Shown here piece by piece: positions 44,601-59,300 of a stretch of DNA of 64,000 nt; position 1 is the first letter of the stretch, and every line of letters starts with the position of its first letter. Under the pieces are notes generated by a model. The model saw only the letters and a list, made by a program, of their open reading frames with translations, was not told where the DNA came from and did no database searches. This DNA comes from the human T2T-CHM13v2.0 reference genome, Homo sapiens. The stretch is from assembly GCF_009914755.1 (NCBI RefSeq), contig NC_060946.1. One strand, written 5' to 3'. The translations under genes were made by a program, and so were the position numbers.

Positions 44601-47600
44601 CTCTGGTCTAAGCTCTGCCTAAAGGGGCATTGTGACAGATCTCTGCACTGATCACTCAGGTGATGTAAGTATTGTCTAGGCTCTGCTTCAAGGGGCCTTG
44701 TCACATATCTCTGCACTGATCACCCAGGTGATGTAACTCTTGTCTAGGCTCTGCTTCCAGGGCATATTGTGACATATCTATGAACTGATCACGTTAGTGA
44801 TGTAACACTTTGGTAGGCTCGGCCTACAGGGGAATCTTGACATATCTCTGCACTGTTCACTGAGGTGATTTAACTCTTGTCTAGGCTGTGCCCACAGGGG
44901 GATTGAGACATATCTCTGCACTGATCCCGAGGTGATACAACTCTTGCCTGGTCTCTACCTACTGTGGACATTGGGACATATCTCTGCACTGATCTCCCAG
45001 GTGCTGTAACTTTAGTCTAGGCTCTGGCTACACGGCATTGTGACATATCACTGCACTGATCACCCAGGCGATATAACTCTTCTCTAGGATCTGACCACAG
45101 GGTGCTTTGTGACATATCCCTGCAATGATCACCCAGGTGATATACCACTTGCCAAGGCTCTGCCTACAGGGGCATTGCAATGTATCTCTGCACTGATCAC
45201 CTAGGTCTTGTAGCTATTTTCTAGGAACTGCCTACAGGGTGCTTTGTGACGTGTCCCAGCAAGGATTACCCAGGTGATGTACCTCTCATCAAGGCTCTGC
45301 CTACAGGCACATTGTGATGTATCTCTGCACTGATCACCTAGGTCATGTAAATTTTGTCTAGGCTCTACCTACGATGGCATTGTGACATATCTCTGCACTA
45401 ATCATCCAAGTGATGTAACTCTTGTCTAGGATGTGCCTAAATTAACTTTTTGACATAACCCTGTACTGATCATCCAGGTGATGGAACTTTTGTCTAGGCT
45501 CTGCCTAAGGGGGCATTGTGACATATTTCTGCATTGATCCCCCAGGTGGCGAACTCTTCTCTCGGATCTGCCTATGGGGGCATTGTGAGAAATCTCTGCA
45601 CTGATCACCCAGTTGATGTAACTGTTGTGTAACCTCTGCCTACAGGGGAATTGTGAGAGATCTCGTCACTGATTACCCACGTGATGTAACCGTTGTCTAG
45701 GCTTTGCGTACAAGGAGCTTTGTGACATACCTTTGCACTGATCACCCAGGTGATATAACACGTCTAAGAGCGGCCTAAAGGAGCTTTGTGACATATCGCT
45801 GCACTGATCACTTAGGTGAAGTAACACTTTTATAATCACTGCCTACAGGGAATTTTGACAAATCTCTGCACTGATCACCTAGGTGATGTAACTCTTGTCT
45901 ACCCTCTGTCCAACGGGACATTGTGAAATATCTCTGCACTGATCACCCAGGTGATTCATCTCTTGACTAGGAACTGCCTACAGAGGTTATTGTGAAATAT
46001 CTCTGCACTGATAAACTAGGTGGTGTAACCCTTGTCCAAGCTCTGCCTACAGGGGCGTTTCCACATATCCCTGAACTGATGACAGAGGTGATGTAACTCT
46101 TGCCTAGGCTTTGCCTACAGGGAACATTGGACATATATCTGCACTGATCACCCAGGTGATGCAACTCTTGCCTAGGCTTTGCCTACAGGGGACATTGTGA
46201 CATATCTCTTCAATGATCACTCATGTGATGCACCTCTTGCCTAGGCTTTGCCTACAGGGGACATTGTGACATATCTCTGCATTGATCCCCCAGGTGCTGT
46301 AACTTTAGTCTAGGCTCTGGCTACACGGCATTGTGACATTTCACTGCACTGATCAACCAGGTGATATAACTCTTGTATAGGCTCTTCCTACAGGGGGATT
46401 GTGACCTACCTCTGCACTGATCACCCAGGTGATATAACTCTTCTCTAGGATCTGCCTACAGGGTACTTTGTGATATATCCCTGCACTGATAACCCAGGTG
46501 ATCTAACTCTGGTCTAAGCTCTGCCTAAAGGGGCATTGTGACAGATCTCTGCACTGATCACTCTGGTGATGTAAGTATTGTCTAGGCTCTGCTTCAAGGG
46601 GCCTTGTCACATATCTCTGCACTGATCACCCAGGTGATGTAACTCTTGTCTACGCTCTGCTTCCAGGGCATATTGTGACATATCTATGCACTGATCACCT
46701 TAGTGATGTAACACTATGGTAGGCTCGGCCTACAGGGGAATCTTGACATATCTCTGCACTGTTAACCGAGGTGATTTAACTCTTGTCTAGGCTGTGCCCA
46801 CAGGGGGATTGAGACATATCTCTGCACTGATCCCGAGGTGATACAACTCTTGCCTGGTCTCTACCTACTGTGGACATTGGGACATATCTCTGCACTGATC
46901 TCCCAGGTGCTGTAACTTTAGTCTAGGCTCTGGCTACACGGCATTGTGACATATCACTGCACTGATCACCCAGGCGATATAACTCTTCTCTAGGATCTGA
47001 CCACAGGGTGCTTTGTGACATATCCCTGCAATGATCACCCAGGTGATATACCACTTGCCAAGGCTCTGCCTGCAGGGGCATTGCAATGTATCTCTGCACT
47101 GATCACCTAGGTCTTGTAGCTATTTTCTAGGATCTGCCTACAGGGTGCTTTGTGACGTGTCCCAGCAAGGATTACCCAGGTGATGTACCTCTCATCAAGG
47201 CTCTGCCTACAGGCACATTGTGATGTATCTCTGCACTGATCACCTAGGTCACATAACTTTTTTCTATGCTCTACCTACGATGGCATTGTGACATATCTCT
47301 GCACTAATCATCCAAGTGATGTAACTCTTGTCTAGGATGTGCCTAAATTAAATTTTTGACATAACCCTGTACTGATCATCCAGGTGATGGAGCTTTTCTC
47401 TAGGCTCTGCCTAAGGGGGCATTGTGACATATTTCTGCATTGATCACCCAGGTGGCGAACTCTTCTCTCGGATCTGCTATGGGGGCATTGTGAGAAATCT
47501 CTGCACTGATCACCCAGGTGATGGAACTGTTGTGTAATCTCTGCCTACAGGGGAATTGTGAGAGATCTCATCACTGATTACCCAAGTGATGTAACCGTTG

Positions 47601-47871
47601 TCTAGGCATTGCATACAGTGGGCTTTGTGACATACCTTTGCACTGATCACCCAGGTGATGTAACACTTCTAAGTTCGGCCTAAAGGAGCTTTGTGACATA
47701 TCTCTGCACTGATCACTTAGGTGATGTAACACTTTTATAATCACTGCCTACAGGGAATTTTGACAAATCTCTGCACTGATCACCTAGGTGATGTAACTCT
47801 TGTCTACCCTCTGTCCAACGGGGCATTGTGAAATATCTCTGCACTGATCACCCAGGTGATTCAACTCTTGA

Positions 47872-50390
47872 CTAGGAACTGCCTACAGAGGTTATTGTGA
47901 AATATCTCTGCACTGATAAACTAGGTGGTGTAACCCTTGTCCAAGCTCTGCCTACAGGGGCGTTTCCACATATCCCTGAACTGATGACAGAGGTGATGTA
48001 ACTCTTGCCTAGGCTTTGCCTACAGGGAACATTGGACATATATCTGCACTGATCACCCAGGTGATGCAACTCTTGCCTATGCTTTGCCTACAGGGGACAT
48101 TGTGACATATCTCTTCAATGATCACTCATGTGATGCATCTCTTGCCTAGGCTTTGCCAATAGGGGATATTGTGACATATCTCTGCACTGGTCTCCCAGGT
48201 GCTGTAACTTTAGTCTAGGCTCTGGCTACACGGCATTGTGACATATCACTGCACTGATCAACCAGGTGATATAACTCTTGTATAGGCTCTGCCTACAGGG
48301 GGATTGTGACCTACCTCTGCACTGATCACCCAGGTGATATAACTCTTCTCTAGGATCTTCCTACAGGGTACTTTGTGACATATCCCTGCACTGATCACCC
48401 AGGTGATCTATCTCTGGTCTAAGCTCTGCCTAAAGGGGCATTGTGACAGATCTCTGCACTGATCACTCAAGTGATGTAAGTATTGTCCAGGCTCTGCTTC
48501 AAGGGGCCTTGTCACATATCTCTGCACTGATCACCCAGGTGATGTAACTCTTGTCTAGGCTCTGCTTCCAGGGCATATTGTGACATATCTATGCACTGAT
48601 CACCTTAGTGATGTAACACTTTGGTAGGCTCGGCCTACAGGGGAATCTTGACATATCTCTGCACTGTTAACCGAGGTGATTTAACTCTTGTCAAGGCTGT
48701 GCCCACAGGGGGATTGAGACATATCTCTGCACTGATCCCGAGGTGATACAACTCTTGCCTGGTCTCTGCCTACTGTGGACATTGTGACATATCTCTGCAC
48801 TGATCTCCCAGGTGCTGTAACTTTAGTCTAGGCTCTGGCTACACGGCATTGTGACATATCACTGCTCTGATCAACCAGTTGATATAACTCATGTATAGGC
48901 TCTGCCTACAGGGGGTTTGTGACCTACCGTTGCACTGTTCACCCAGTTGATAAAACTCTTCTCTAGGATCTGCCTACAGGGTGCTTTGTGACATATCCCT
49001 GCACTGATCACCCAGGTGATCTAACTCTGGTCTAAGCTCTGCCTAAAGGGGCATTGTGAAAAATCTCTGCACTGATAACTCAGGTGATGTAACTATTGTC
49101 CAGGCTCTGCTTCCAGGGCATATTGTGACATATCTATGCACTGATCACCTTAGTGATGTAACACTTGTGTAGGCTCGGCCTACAGCGGAATTTTGACATA
49201 TCTCAGCACTGTTAAACGAGGTGATTTAACTCTTGTCTAGGCTGTGCCCACAGGGGGATTGAGACAAATCTCTGCACTGATCCCGAGGTGATCCAACTCT
49301 TGCTTCGTCTCTGTCTACTGGGGACATAGTGACATATCTCTGCACTGATCTCCCAGGTGCTGTAAATTTAGTCTAGGCTCTGGCTACAAGGCATTGTGAC
49401 ATATCACTGCACTGATCACCCAGGCGATACAGCACTTTTCTGGGATCTGCCTACAATGGTCTTGTGACATATCACAGCACTGATCACCCAGGCGATATAA
49501 CTCTTCTCTAGGATCTGACCACAGGGTGCTTTGTGACATATCCCTGCAATGATCACCCAGGTGATATACCACTTGCCAAGGCTCTGCCTACAGGGACATT
49601 GCAATGTATCTCTGCACTGATCACCTAGGTCTTGTAGCTATTTTCTAGGATCTGCCTACAGGGTGCTTTGTGACGTCTCCCAGCAAGGATTACCCAGGTG
49701 ATGTACCTCTCATCAAGGCTCTGCCTACAGGCACTTTGTGATGTATCTCTGCACTGATCACCTAGGCCATGTAACTTTTTTCTAGGCTCTACCTACGATG
49801 GCATTGTGACATATCTCTGCACTAATCATCCAAGTGATGTAACTCTTGTCTAGGATGTGCCTAAATTAACTTTTTGACATAACCCTGTACTGATCATCCA
49901 GGTGATGGAGCTTTTGTCTAGGCTCTGCCTAACGGGGCATTGTGACATATTTCTTCATTGATCCCCCTGGTGGCGAACTCTTCTCTCGGATCTGCCTATG
50001 GGGGCATTGTGAGAAATCTCTGCACTGATCACCCAGGTGATGTAACTGTTGTGTAACCTCTGCCTACAGGGGAATTGTGAGAGATATCGTCACTGATTAC
50101 CCAAGTGATGTAACCGTTGTCTAGGCTTTGCGTACAAGGGGCTTTGTGACATACCTTTGCACTGATCACCCAGGTGATGTAACACGTCTAAGTGCGGCCT
50201 AAAGGAGCTTTGTGACATATCTCTGCACTGATCACTTAGGTGATGTAACACTTTTATAATCACTGCCTACAGGGAATTTTGACAAATCTCTGCACTGATC
50301 ACCTAGGTGATGTAACTCTTGTCTACCCTCTGTCCAACGGGGCATTGTGAAATATCTCTGCACTGATCACCCAGGTGATTCAACTCTTGA
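47872..50390. repeat. 37-monomer HOR variant (2519 bp) containing a 613-bp extra block at 48868-49480
   Basis: Landmark spacing 47872 to 50391 is 2519 (1906+613). I counted nine extra monomers between 48868 and 49480. Confidence 0.92.
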
Positions 50391-53300
50391 CTAGGAACTG
50401 CCTACAGAGGTTATTGTGAAATATCTCTGCACTGATAAACTTTGTGGTGTAACCCTTGTCCAAGCTCTGCCTACAGGGGCGTTTCCACATATCCCTGAAC
50501 TGATGACAGAAGTGATGTAACTCTTGCCTAGGCTTTGCCTACAGGGAACATTGGACATATATCTGCACTGATCACCCAGGTGATGCAAATCTTGCCTAGG
50601 CTTTGACTACAGGGGACATTGTGACATATTTTTTCAATGATCACTCATGTGATGCATCTCTTGCCTAGGCTTTGCCTACAGGGGACATTGTGAGATATCT
50701 CTGCACTGATCTCCCAGGTGCTGTAACTTTAGTCTAGGCTCTGGCTACACGGCATTGTGACATATCACTGCACTGATCAACCAGGTGATATAACTCTTGT
50801 ATAGGCTCTGCGTACAGGGGGATTGTGACCTACCTCTGCACTGATCACCCAGGTGATATAACTCTTCTCTAGGATCTTCCTACAGGGTACTTTGTGACAT
50901 ATCCCTGCACTGATCACCCAGGTGATCTATCTCTGTTCTAAGCTCTGCCTAAAGGGGCATTGTGACAGATCTCTGCACTGATCACTCAGGTGATGTAAGT
51001 ATTGTCTAGGCTCTGCTTCAAGGGGCCTTGTCACATATCTCTGCACTGATCACCCAGGTGATGTAACTCTTGTCTAGGCTCTGCTTCCAGGGCATATTGT
51101 GACATATCTATGCACTGATCACCTTAGTGATGTAACACTTTGGTAGGCTCGGCCTACAGGGGATTCTTGACATATCTCTGCACTGTTAACCGAGGTGATT
51201 TGACTCTTGTCTAGGCTGTGCCCACAGGGGGATTGAGACATATCTCTGCACTGATCCCGAGGTGATACAACTCTTGCCTGGTCTCTGCCTACTGTGGACA
51301 TTGTGAAATATCTCTGCACTGATCTCCCAGGTTCTGTAACTTTAGTCTAGGCTCTGGCTACACGGCATTGTGACATATCACTGCACTGATCACCCAGGCG
51401 ATATAACTCTTCTCTAGGATCTGACCACAGGGTGCTTTGTGACATATCCCTGCAATGATCACCCAGGTGATATACCACTTGCCAAGGCTCTGCCTACAGG
51501 GGCATTGCAATGTATCTCTGCACTGATCACCTAGGTCTTGTAGCTATTTTCTAGGATCTGCCTACAGGGTGCTTTGTGACGTGTCCCAGCAAGGATTACC
51601 CAGGTGATGTACCTCTCATCAAGGCTCTGCCTACAGGCACATTGTGATGTATCTCTGCACTGATCACCTAGGTCATGTAAATTTTGTCTAGGCTCTACCT
51701 ACGATGGCATTGTGACATATCTCTGCACTAATCATCCAAGTGATGTAACTCTTGTCTACGATGTGCCTAAATTAACTTTTTGACATAACCCTGTACTGAT
51801 CATACAGGTGATGGAGCTTTTGTCTAGGCTCTGCCTAACGGGGCATTGTGACATATTTCTGCATTGATCCCCCAGGTGGCGAACTCTTCTCTCGGATCTG
51901 CCTATGGGGGCATTGTGAGAAATCTCTGCACTGATCACCCAGGTGATGTAACTGTTGTGTAACCTCTGCCTACAGGGTAATTGTGAGAGATATCGTCACT
52001 GATTACCCAAGTGATGTAACCGTTGTCTAGGCTTTGCGTACAAGGGGCTTTGTGACATACCTTTGCACTGATCACCCAGGTGATATAACACGTCTAAGTG
52101 CGGCCTAAAGGAGCTTTGTGACATATCGCTGCACTGATCACTTAGGTGAAGTAACACTTTTATAATCACTGCCTACAGGGAATTTTGACAAATCTCTGCA
52201 CTGATCACCTAGGTGATGTAACTCTTGTCTACCCTCTGTCCAACGGGGCATTGTGAAATATCTCTGCACTGATCACCCAGGTGATTCATCTCTTGACTAG
52301 GAACTGCCTACAGAGGTTATTGTGAAATATCTCTGCACTGATAAACTAGGTGGTGTAACCCTTGTCCAAGCTCTGCCTACAGGGGCGTTTCCACATATCC
52401 CTGAACTGATGACAGAGGTGATGTAACTCTTGCCTAGGCTTTGCCTACAGGGAACATTGGACATATATCTGCACTGATCACCCAGGTGATGCAACTCTTG
52501 CCTAGGCTTTGCCTACAGGGGACATTGTGACATATCTCTTCAATGATCACTCATGTGATGCATCTCTTGCCTAGGCTTTGCCTACAGGGGACATTGTGAC
52601 ATATCTCTTCACTGATCTCCCAGGTTCTGTAACTTTAATCTAGGCTCTGGCTACACGGCATTGTGACATATCACTGCACTGATCAACCAGGTGATATAAC
52701 TCTTGTATAGGCTCTGCCTACAGGGGGATTGTGACCTACCTCTGCACTGATCACCCAGGTGATATAACTCTTCTCTAGGATCTTCCTACAGGGTACTTTG
52801 TGACATATCCCTGCACTGATCACCCAGGTGATCTATCTCTGGTCTAAGCTCTGCCTAAAGGGGCATTGTGACAGATCTCTGCACTGATCACTCAGGTGAT
52901 GTAAGTATTGTCTAGGCTCTGCTTCAAGGGGCCTTGTCACATATCTCTGCACTGATCACCCAGGTGATGTAACTCTTGTCTAGGCTCTGCTTCCAGGGCA
53001 TATTGTGACATATCTATGCACTGATCACCTTAGTGATGTAACACTTTGGTAGGCTCGGCCTACAGGGGAATCTTGACATATCTCTGCACTGTTAACCGAG
53101 GTGATTTAACTCTTGTCTAGGCTGTGCCCACAGGGGGATTGAGACATATCTCTGCACTGATCCCGAGGTGATACAACTCTTGCCTGGTCTCTGCCTACTG
53201 TGGACATTGTGACATATCTCTGCACTGATCTCCCAGGTGCTGTAACTTTAGTCTAGGCTCTGGCTACACGGCATTGTGACATATCACTGCACTGATCACC

Positions 53301-56300
53301 CAGGCGATATAACTCTTCTCTAGGATCTGACCACAGGGTGCTTTGTGACATATCCCTGCAATGATCACCGAGGTGATATACCACTTGCCAAGGCTCTGCC
53401 TACAGGGACATTGCAATGTATCTCTGCACTGATCACCTAGGTCTTGTAGCTATTTTCTAGGATGTGCCTACAGGGTGCTTTGTGACGTGTCCCAGCAAGG
53501 ATTACCCAGGTGATGTACCTCTCATCAAGGCTCTGCCTACAGGCACATTGTGATGTATCTCTGCACTGATCACCTAGGTCATGTAACATTTTTCTAGGCT
53601 CTACCTACTGTGGCATTGTGACATATCTCTGCACTAATCATCCAAGTGATGTAACTCTTGTCTAGGATGTGCCTAAATTAACTTTTTGACATAACCCTGT
53701 ACTGATCATCCAGGTGATGGAGCTTTTGTCTAGGCACTGCCTAAGTGGGCATTGTGACATATTTCTGCATTGATCACCCAGGTGGCGAACTCTTCTCTCA
53801 GATCTGCCTATGGGGCATTGTGATAAATCTCTGCACTGATCTCCCAGGTGATTTAACGGTTGTGTAACCTCTGCCTACAGGGGAATTGTGAGAGATCTCG
53901 TCACTGATTACACAAGTGATGTAACCATTGTCTAGGCTTTGCGTACAGGGGGCTTTGTGACATACCTTTGCACTGATCACCCAGGTGATGTAACTCATCT
54001 AAGTTCGGCCTAAAGGAGCTTTGTGACATATCTCTGCACAGATCACTTAGGTGATGTAACACTTTCATAATCACTGCCTACAGGGAATTTTGACAAATCT
54101 CTGCACTGATCACCTAGGTGATGTAACTCTTGTCTGCCCTCTGTCCAACGGGGCATTGTGAATTATCTCTGCACTGATAACCCAGGTGATTCAACTCTTC
54201 ACTAGGAACTGTCTACAGAGGTTATTGTGATATATCTCTGCACTGATAAACTAGGTGGTGTAACTCTTCTCCAAGCTCTGCCTACAGGGGCGTTTCCACA
54301 TATCCCTGAACTGATGACAAAGGTGATGTAACGCTTGCCTAGGCTTTGCCTACAGGGAACTTTTTACATATATCTGCACTGATCACCCAGGTGATGCAAC
54401 TCTTGCCTAGGCTTTGCCTACAGGGGACATTGTGACATATCTCTTCAATGATCACTCATGTGATGCACCTCTTGCCTAGGCTTTGCCTACAGGGGACATT
54501 GTGACATATCTCTGCATTGATCCCCCAGGTGCTGTAACTTTAGTCTAGGCTCTGGCTACACGGCATTGTGACATTTCACTGCACTGATCAACCAGGTGAT
54601 ATAACTCTTGTATAGGCTCTTCCTACAGGGGGATTGTGACCTACCTCTGCACTGATCACCCAGGTGATATAACTCTTCTCTAGGATCTGCCTACAGGGTA
54701 CTTTGTGATATATCCCTGCACTGATAACCCAGGTGATCTAACTCTGTTCTAAGCTCTGCCTAAAGGGGCATTGTGACAGATCTCTGCACTGATCACTCTG
54801 GTGATGTAAGTATTGTCTAGGCTCTGCTTCAAGGGGCCTTGTCACATATCTCTGCACTGATCACCCAGGTGATGTAACTCTTGTCTACGCTCTGCTTCCA
54901 GGGCATATTGTGACATATCTATGCACTGATCACCTTAGTGATGTAACACTATGGTAGGCTCGGCCTACAGGGGAATCTTGACATATCTCTGCACTGTTAA
55001 CCGAGGTGATTTAACTCTTGTCTAGGCTGTGCCCACAGGGGGATTGAGACATATCTCTGCACTGATCCCGAGGTGATACAACTCTTGCCTGGTCTCTGCC
55101 TACTGTGGACATTGTGACATATCTCTGCACTGATCTCCCAGGTGCTGTAACTTTAGTCTAGGCTATGGTACACGGCATTGTGACATATCACTGCACTGAT
55201 CACACAGGCGATATAACTCTTCTCTAGGATCTGACCACAGGGTGCTTTTTGACATATCCCTGCAATGATCACCCAGGTGATATACCACTTGCCAAGGCTC
55301 TGCCTACAGGGGCATTGCAATGTATCTCTGCACTGATCACCTAGGTCTTGTAGCTATTTTCTAGGATCTGCCTACAGGGTGCTTTGTGACGTGTCCCAGC
55401 AAGGATTACCCAGGTAGTGTACCTCTCATCAAGGCTCTGCCTACAGGCACATTGTGATGTATCTCTGCACTGATCACCTAGGTCATGTAACTTTCTTCTA
55501 GGCTCTACCTACGATGGCATTGTGACATATCTCTGCACTAATCATCCAAGTGATGTAACTCTTGTCTAGGATGTGCCTAAATTAACTTTTTGACATAACC
55601 CTGTACTGATCATCCAGGTGATGGAGCTTTTGTCTAGGCACTGCCTAAGGGGGCATTGTGACATATTTCTGCATTGATCACCCAGGTGGCGAACTCTTCT
55701 CTCAGATCTGCCTATGGGGGCATTGTGATAAATCTCTGCACTGATCACCCAGGTGATGTAACTGTTGTGTAACCTCTGCCTACAGGGGAATTGTGAGAGA
55801 TCTCGTCACTGATTACCCAAGTGATGTAACCATTGTCTAGGCTTTGCGTACAGGGGGCTTTGTGACATACCTTTGCACTGATCACCCAGGTGATGTAACA
55901 CATCCAATTTCGGCCTAAAGGAGCTTTGTGATATATCTCTGCACGGATCACTTAGGTGATGTAACACTTTCATAATCACTGCCTACAGGGAATTTTGACA
56001 AATCTCTGCACTGATCACCTAGGTGATGTAACTCTTGTCTACCCTCTTTCCAACGGGGCATTGTGAAATATCTCTGCACTGATCACCCAGGTGATTCAAC
56101 TCTTGACTAGGAACTGCCTACAGAGGTTATTGTGAAATATCTCTGCACTGATAATCTAGGTGGTGTAACCCTTGTCCAAGCTCTGTCTACAGGGGCGTTT
56201 CCACATATCCCTGAACTGATGACAGAGGTGATGTAACTCTTGCCTAGGCTTTGCCTACAGGGAACATTGAACATATATCTGCACTGGTCACCCAGGTCAT

Positions 56301-59300
56301 GCAACTCTTGCCTAGGCTTTGCCTACAGGGGACATTGTGACATATCTCTTCAATGATCACTCATGTGATGCATCTCTTGCCTAGGCTTTGCCTACAGGGG
56401 ACATTGTGACATATCTCTGCACTGATCTCCCAGGTGCTGCAACTTTAATCTAGGCTCTGGCTACACGGCATTGTGACATATCACTGCACTGATCAACCAG
56501 GTGATATAACCCTTGTATAGGCTCTGCCTACAGGGGTATTGTGACCTACCTCTGCACTGATCACCCAGGTGATATAACTCTTCTCTAGGATCTGCCTACA
56601 GGGTACTTTGTGACATATCCCTGCACTGATCACCCAGGTGATCTATCTCTGGTCTAAGCTCTGCCTAAAGGGGCATTGTGACAGATCTCTGCACTGATCA
56701 CTCAGGTGATGTAAGTATTGTCCAAGCTCTGCTTCAAGGGGCCTTGTCACATATCTCTGCATTGATCACCCAGGTGATGTAACTCTTGTCTAGGCTCTGC
56801 TTCCAGGGCATATTGTGACATATCTATGCACTGATCACCTTAGTGATGTAACACTTGCGTAGGCTCGGCCTACAGGGGAATCTTGACATATCTCCGCACT
56901 GTTAACCGAGGTGATTTAACCCTTGTCTTTGCCGTGCCCACAGGGGGATTGAGACATATCTCTGCACTGATCCCGAGGTGATACAACTCTTGCCTGGTCT
57001 CTGCCTACTGTGGACATTGTGACATATCTCTGCACTGATCTCCCAGGTGCTGTAACTTTAGTCTAGGCTCTGGCTACACGGCATTGTGACATATCACTGC
57101 ACTGATCACCCAGGCGATATAACTCTTCTCTAGGATCTGACCACAGGGTGCTTTGTGACATATCCCTGCAATGATCACCCAGGTGATATACTACTTGCCA
57201 AGGCTCTGCCTACAGGGGCATCGCAATGTATCTCTGCACTGATCACCTACGTCTTGTACCTATTTTCAAGGAACTGCCTACAGGGTGCTTTGTGACGAGT
57301 CCCAGCAAGGATTACCCAAGTGATGTACCTCTCATCAAGGCTCTGCCTACAGGCACATTGCGATATATCTCTGCACTGATCACCTAGGTCATGTAACTTT
57401 TCTCTAGGCTCTACCTACGATGGCATTGTGACATATCTCTGCACTAATCATCCAAGTGATGTAACTCTTGTCTAGGATGTGCCTAAATTAACTTTTTGAC
57501 ATAACCCTGTACTGATCATCCTGGTGATGTGGCTTTTTTCTAGGCTCTGCCTAAAGGGGCATTGTGACATATTTTTGCATTGATCACCCAGGTGGCGAAC
57601 TCTTCTCTAGGATCTGCCTATGGGTGCATTGTGAGAAATCTCTGCACTGATCACCCAGGTGATGTAACTGTTGTGTAACCTCTGCCTACAGGGGAATTGT
57701 GAGAGATCTCGCCACTGATTACACAAGTGATGTAACTATTGTCTAGGCTTTGCGTACAGGGGGTTTTGTGACATAAATTTGCACTGACCACCCAGGTGAT
57801 GTAACACATCTAAGTTCGGCCTAAAGGAGCTTTGTGACATATCTCTGCACTGATCACTTAGGTGATGTAACACTTTTATAATCACTGCCTACAGGGAATT
57901 TTGACAAATCTCTGCACTGATCACCTAGGTGATGTAACTCTTGTCTACCCGCTGTCCAACGGGTCATTGTGAAATATCTCTGCACTGATCACCCAGGTGA
58001 TTCAACTCTTTACTAGGAACTGCCTACAGAAGTTATTGTGAAATATCTCTGCACTGATAAACTAGGTGGTGTAACCCTTGTCCAAGCTCTGCCTACAGGG
58101 GCGTTTCCACATATCCCTGAACTGATGACAGAGGTGATGTAACTCTTGCCTAGGCTTTGCCTACAGGGAACATTGGACATATATCTGCACTGATCACCCA
58201 GGTGATGCAACTCTTGCCTAGGCTTTGCCTACAGGGGACATTGTGCCATATCTCTTCAATGATCACTCATGTGATGCATTTCTTGCCTAGGCTTTGCCTA
58301 CAGGGGACATTGTGACATATCTCTGCACTGATCTCCCAGGTGCTGTAACTTTAGTCTAGGCTCTGCCTACACGGCATTGTGACATATCACTGCACTGATC
58401 AACCAGGTGCCATAACTCTTGTATAGGCTCTGCCTACAGGGGTATTGTGACCTACCTCTGCACTGATCACCCAGGTGATATAACTCTTCCCTAGGATCTG
58501 CCTACAGGGTACTTTGTGACATATCCCTGCACTGATCACCCAGGTGATCTAACTCTGCTCTAAGCTCTGCCTAAAGGGGCATTGTGACAGATCTCTGCAC
58601 TGATCACTTAGGTGATGTAAGTATTTTCTAGGCTCTGCTTCAAGGGGCCTGGTCACATATCTATGCACTGATCACCCAGGTGATGTAACTCTTGTCTAGG
58701 CTCTGCTTCCAGGGCATATTGTGACATATCTATGCACTGATCACCTTAGTGATGTAACATTTTGGTAGGCTCGGCCTACAGGGGAATCTTGACATATCTC
58801 TGCACTGTTAACCGAGGTGATTTAACTCTTGTCTAGGCTGTGCCCACAGGGGGATTGAGACATATCTCTGCACTGATCCCGAGGTGATACAACTCTTGCC
58901 TGGTCTCTGCCTACTGTGGACATTGTGACATATCTCTGCACTGATCTCCCAGGTGCTGTAACTTTAGTCTAGGCTCTGGCTACACGGCATTGTGACATAT
59001 CACTGCACTGATCACCCAGGCGATATAACTCTTCTCTAGGATCTGACCACAGGGTGCTTTGTGACATATCCCTGCAATGATCACCCAGGTGATATACCAC
59101 TTGCCAAGGCTCTGCCTACAGGGGCATTGCAATGTATCTCTGCACTGATCACCTAGGTCTTGTAGCTATTTTCTAGGATCTGCCTACAGGGTGCTTTGTG
59201 ACGTGTCCCAGCAAGGATTACCCAGGTGATGTACCTCTCATCAAGGCTCTGCCTACAGGCACATTGTGATGTATCTCTGCACTGATCACCTAGGTCACAT

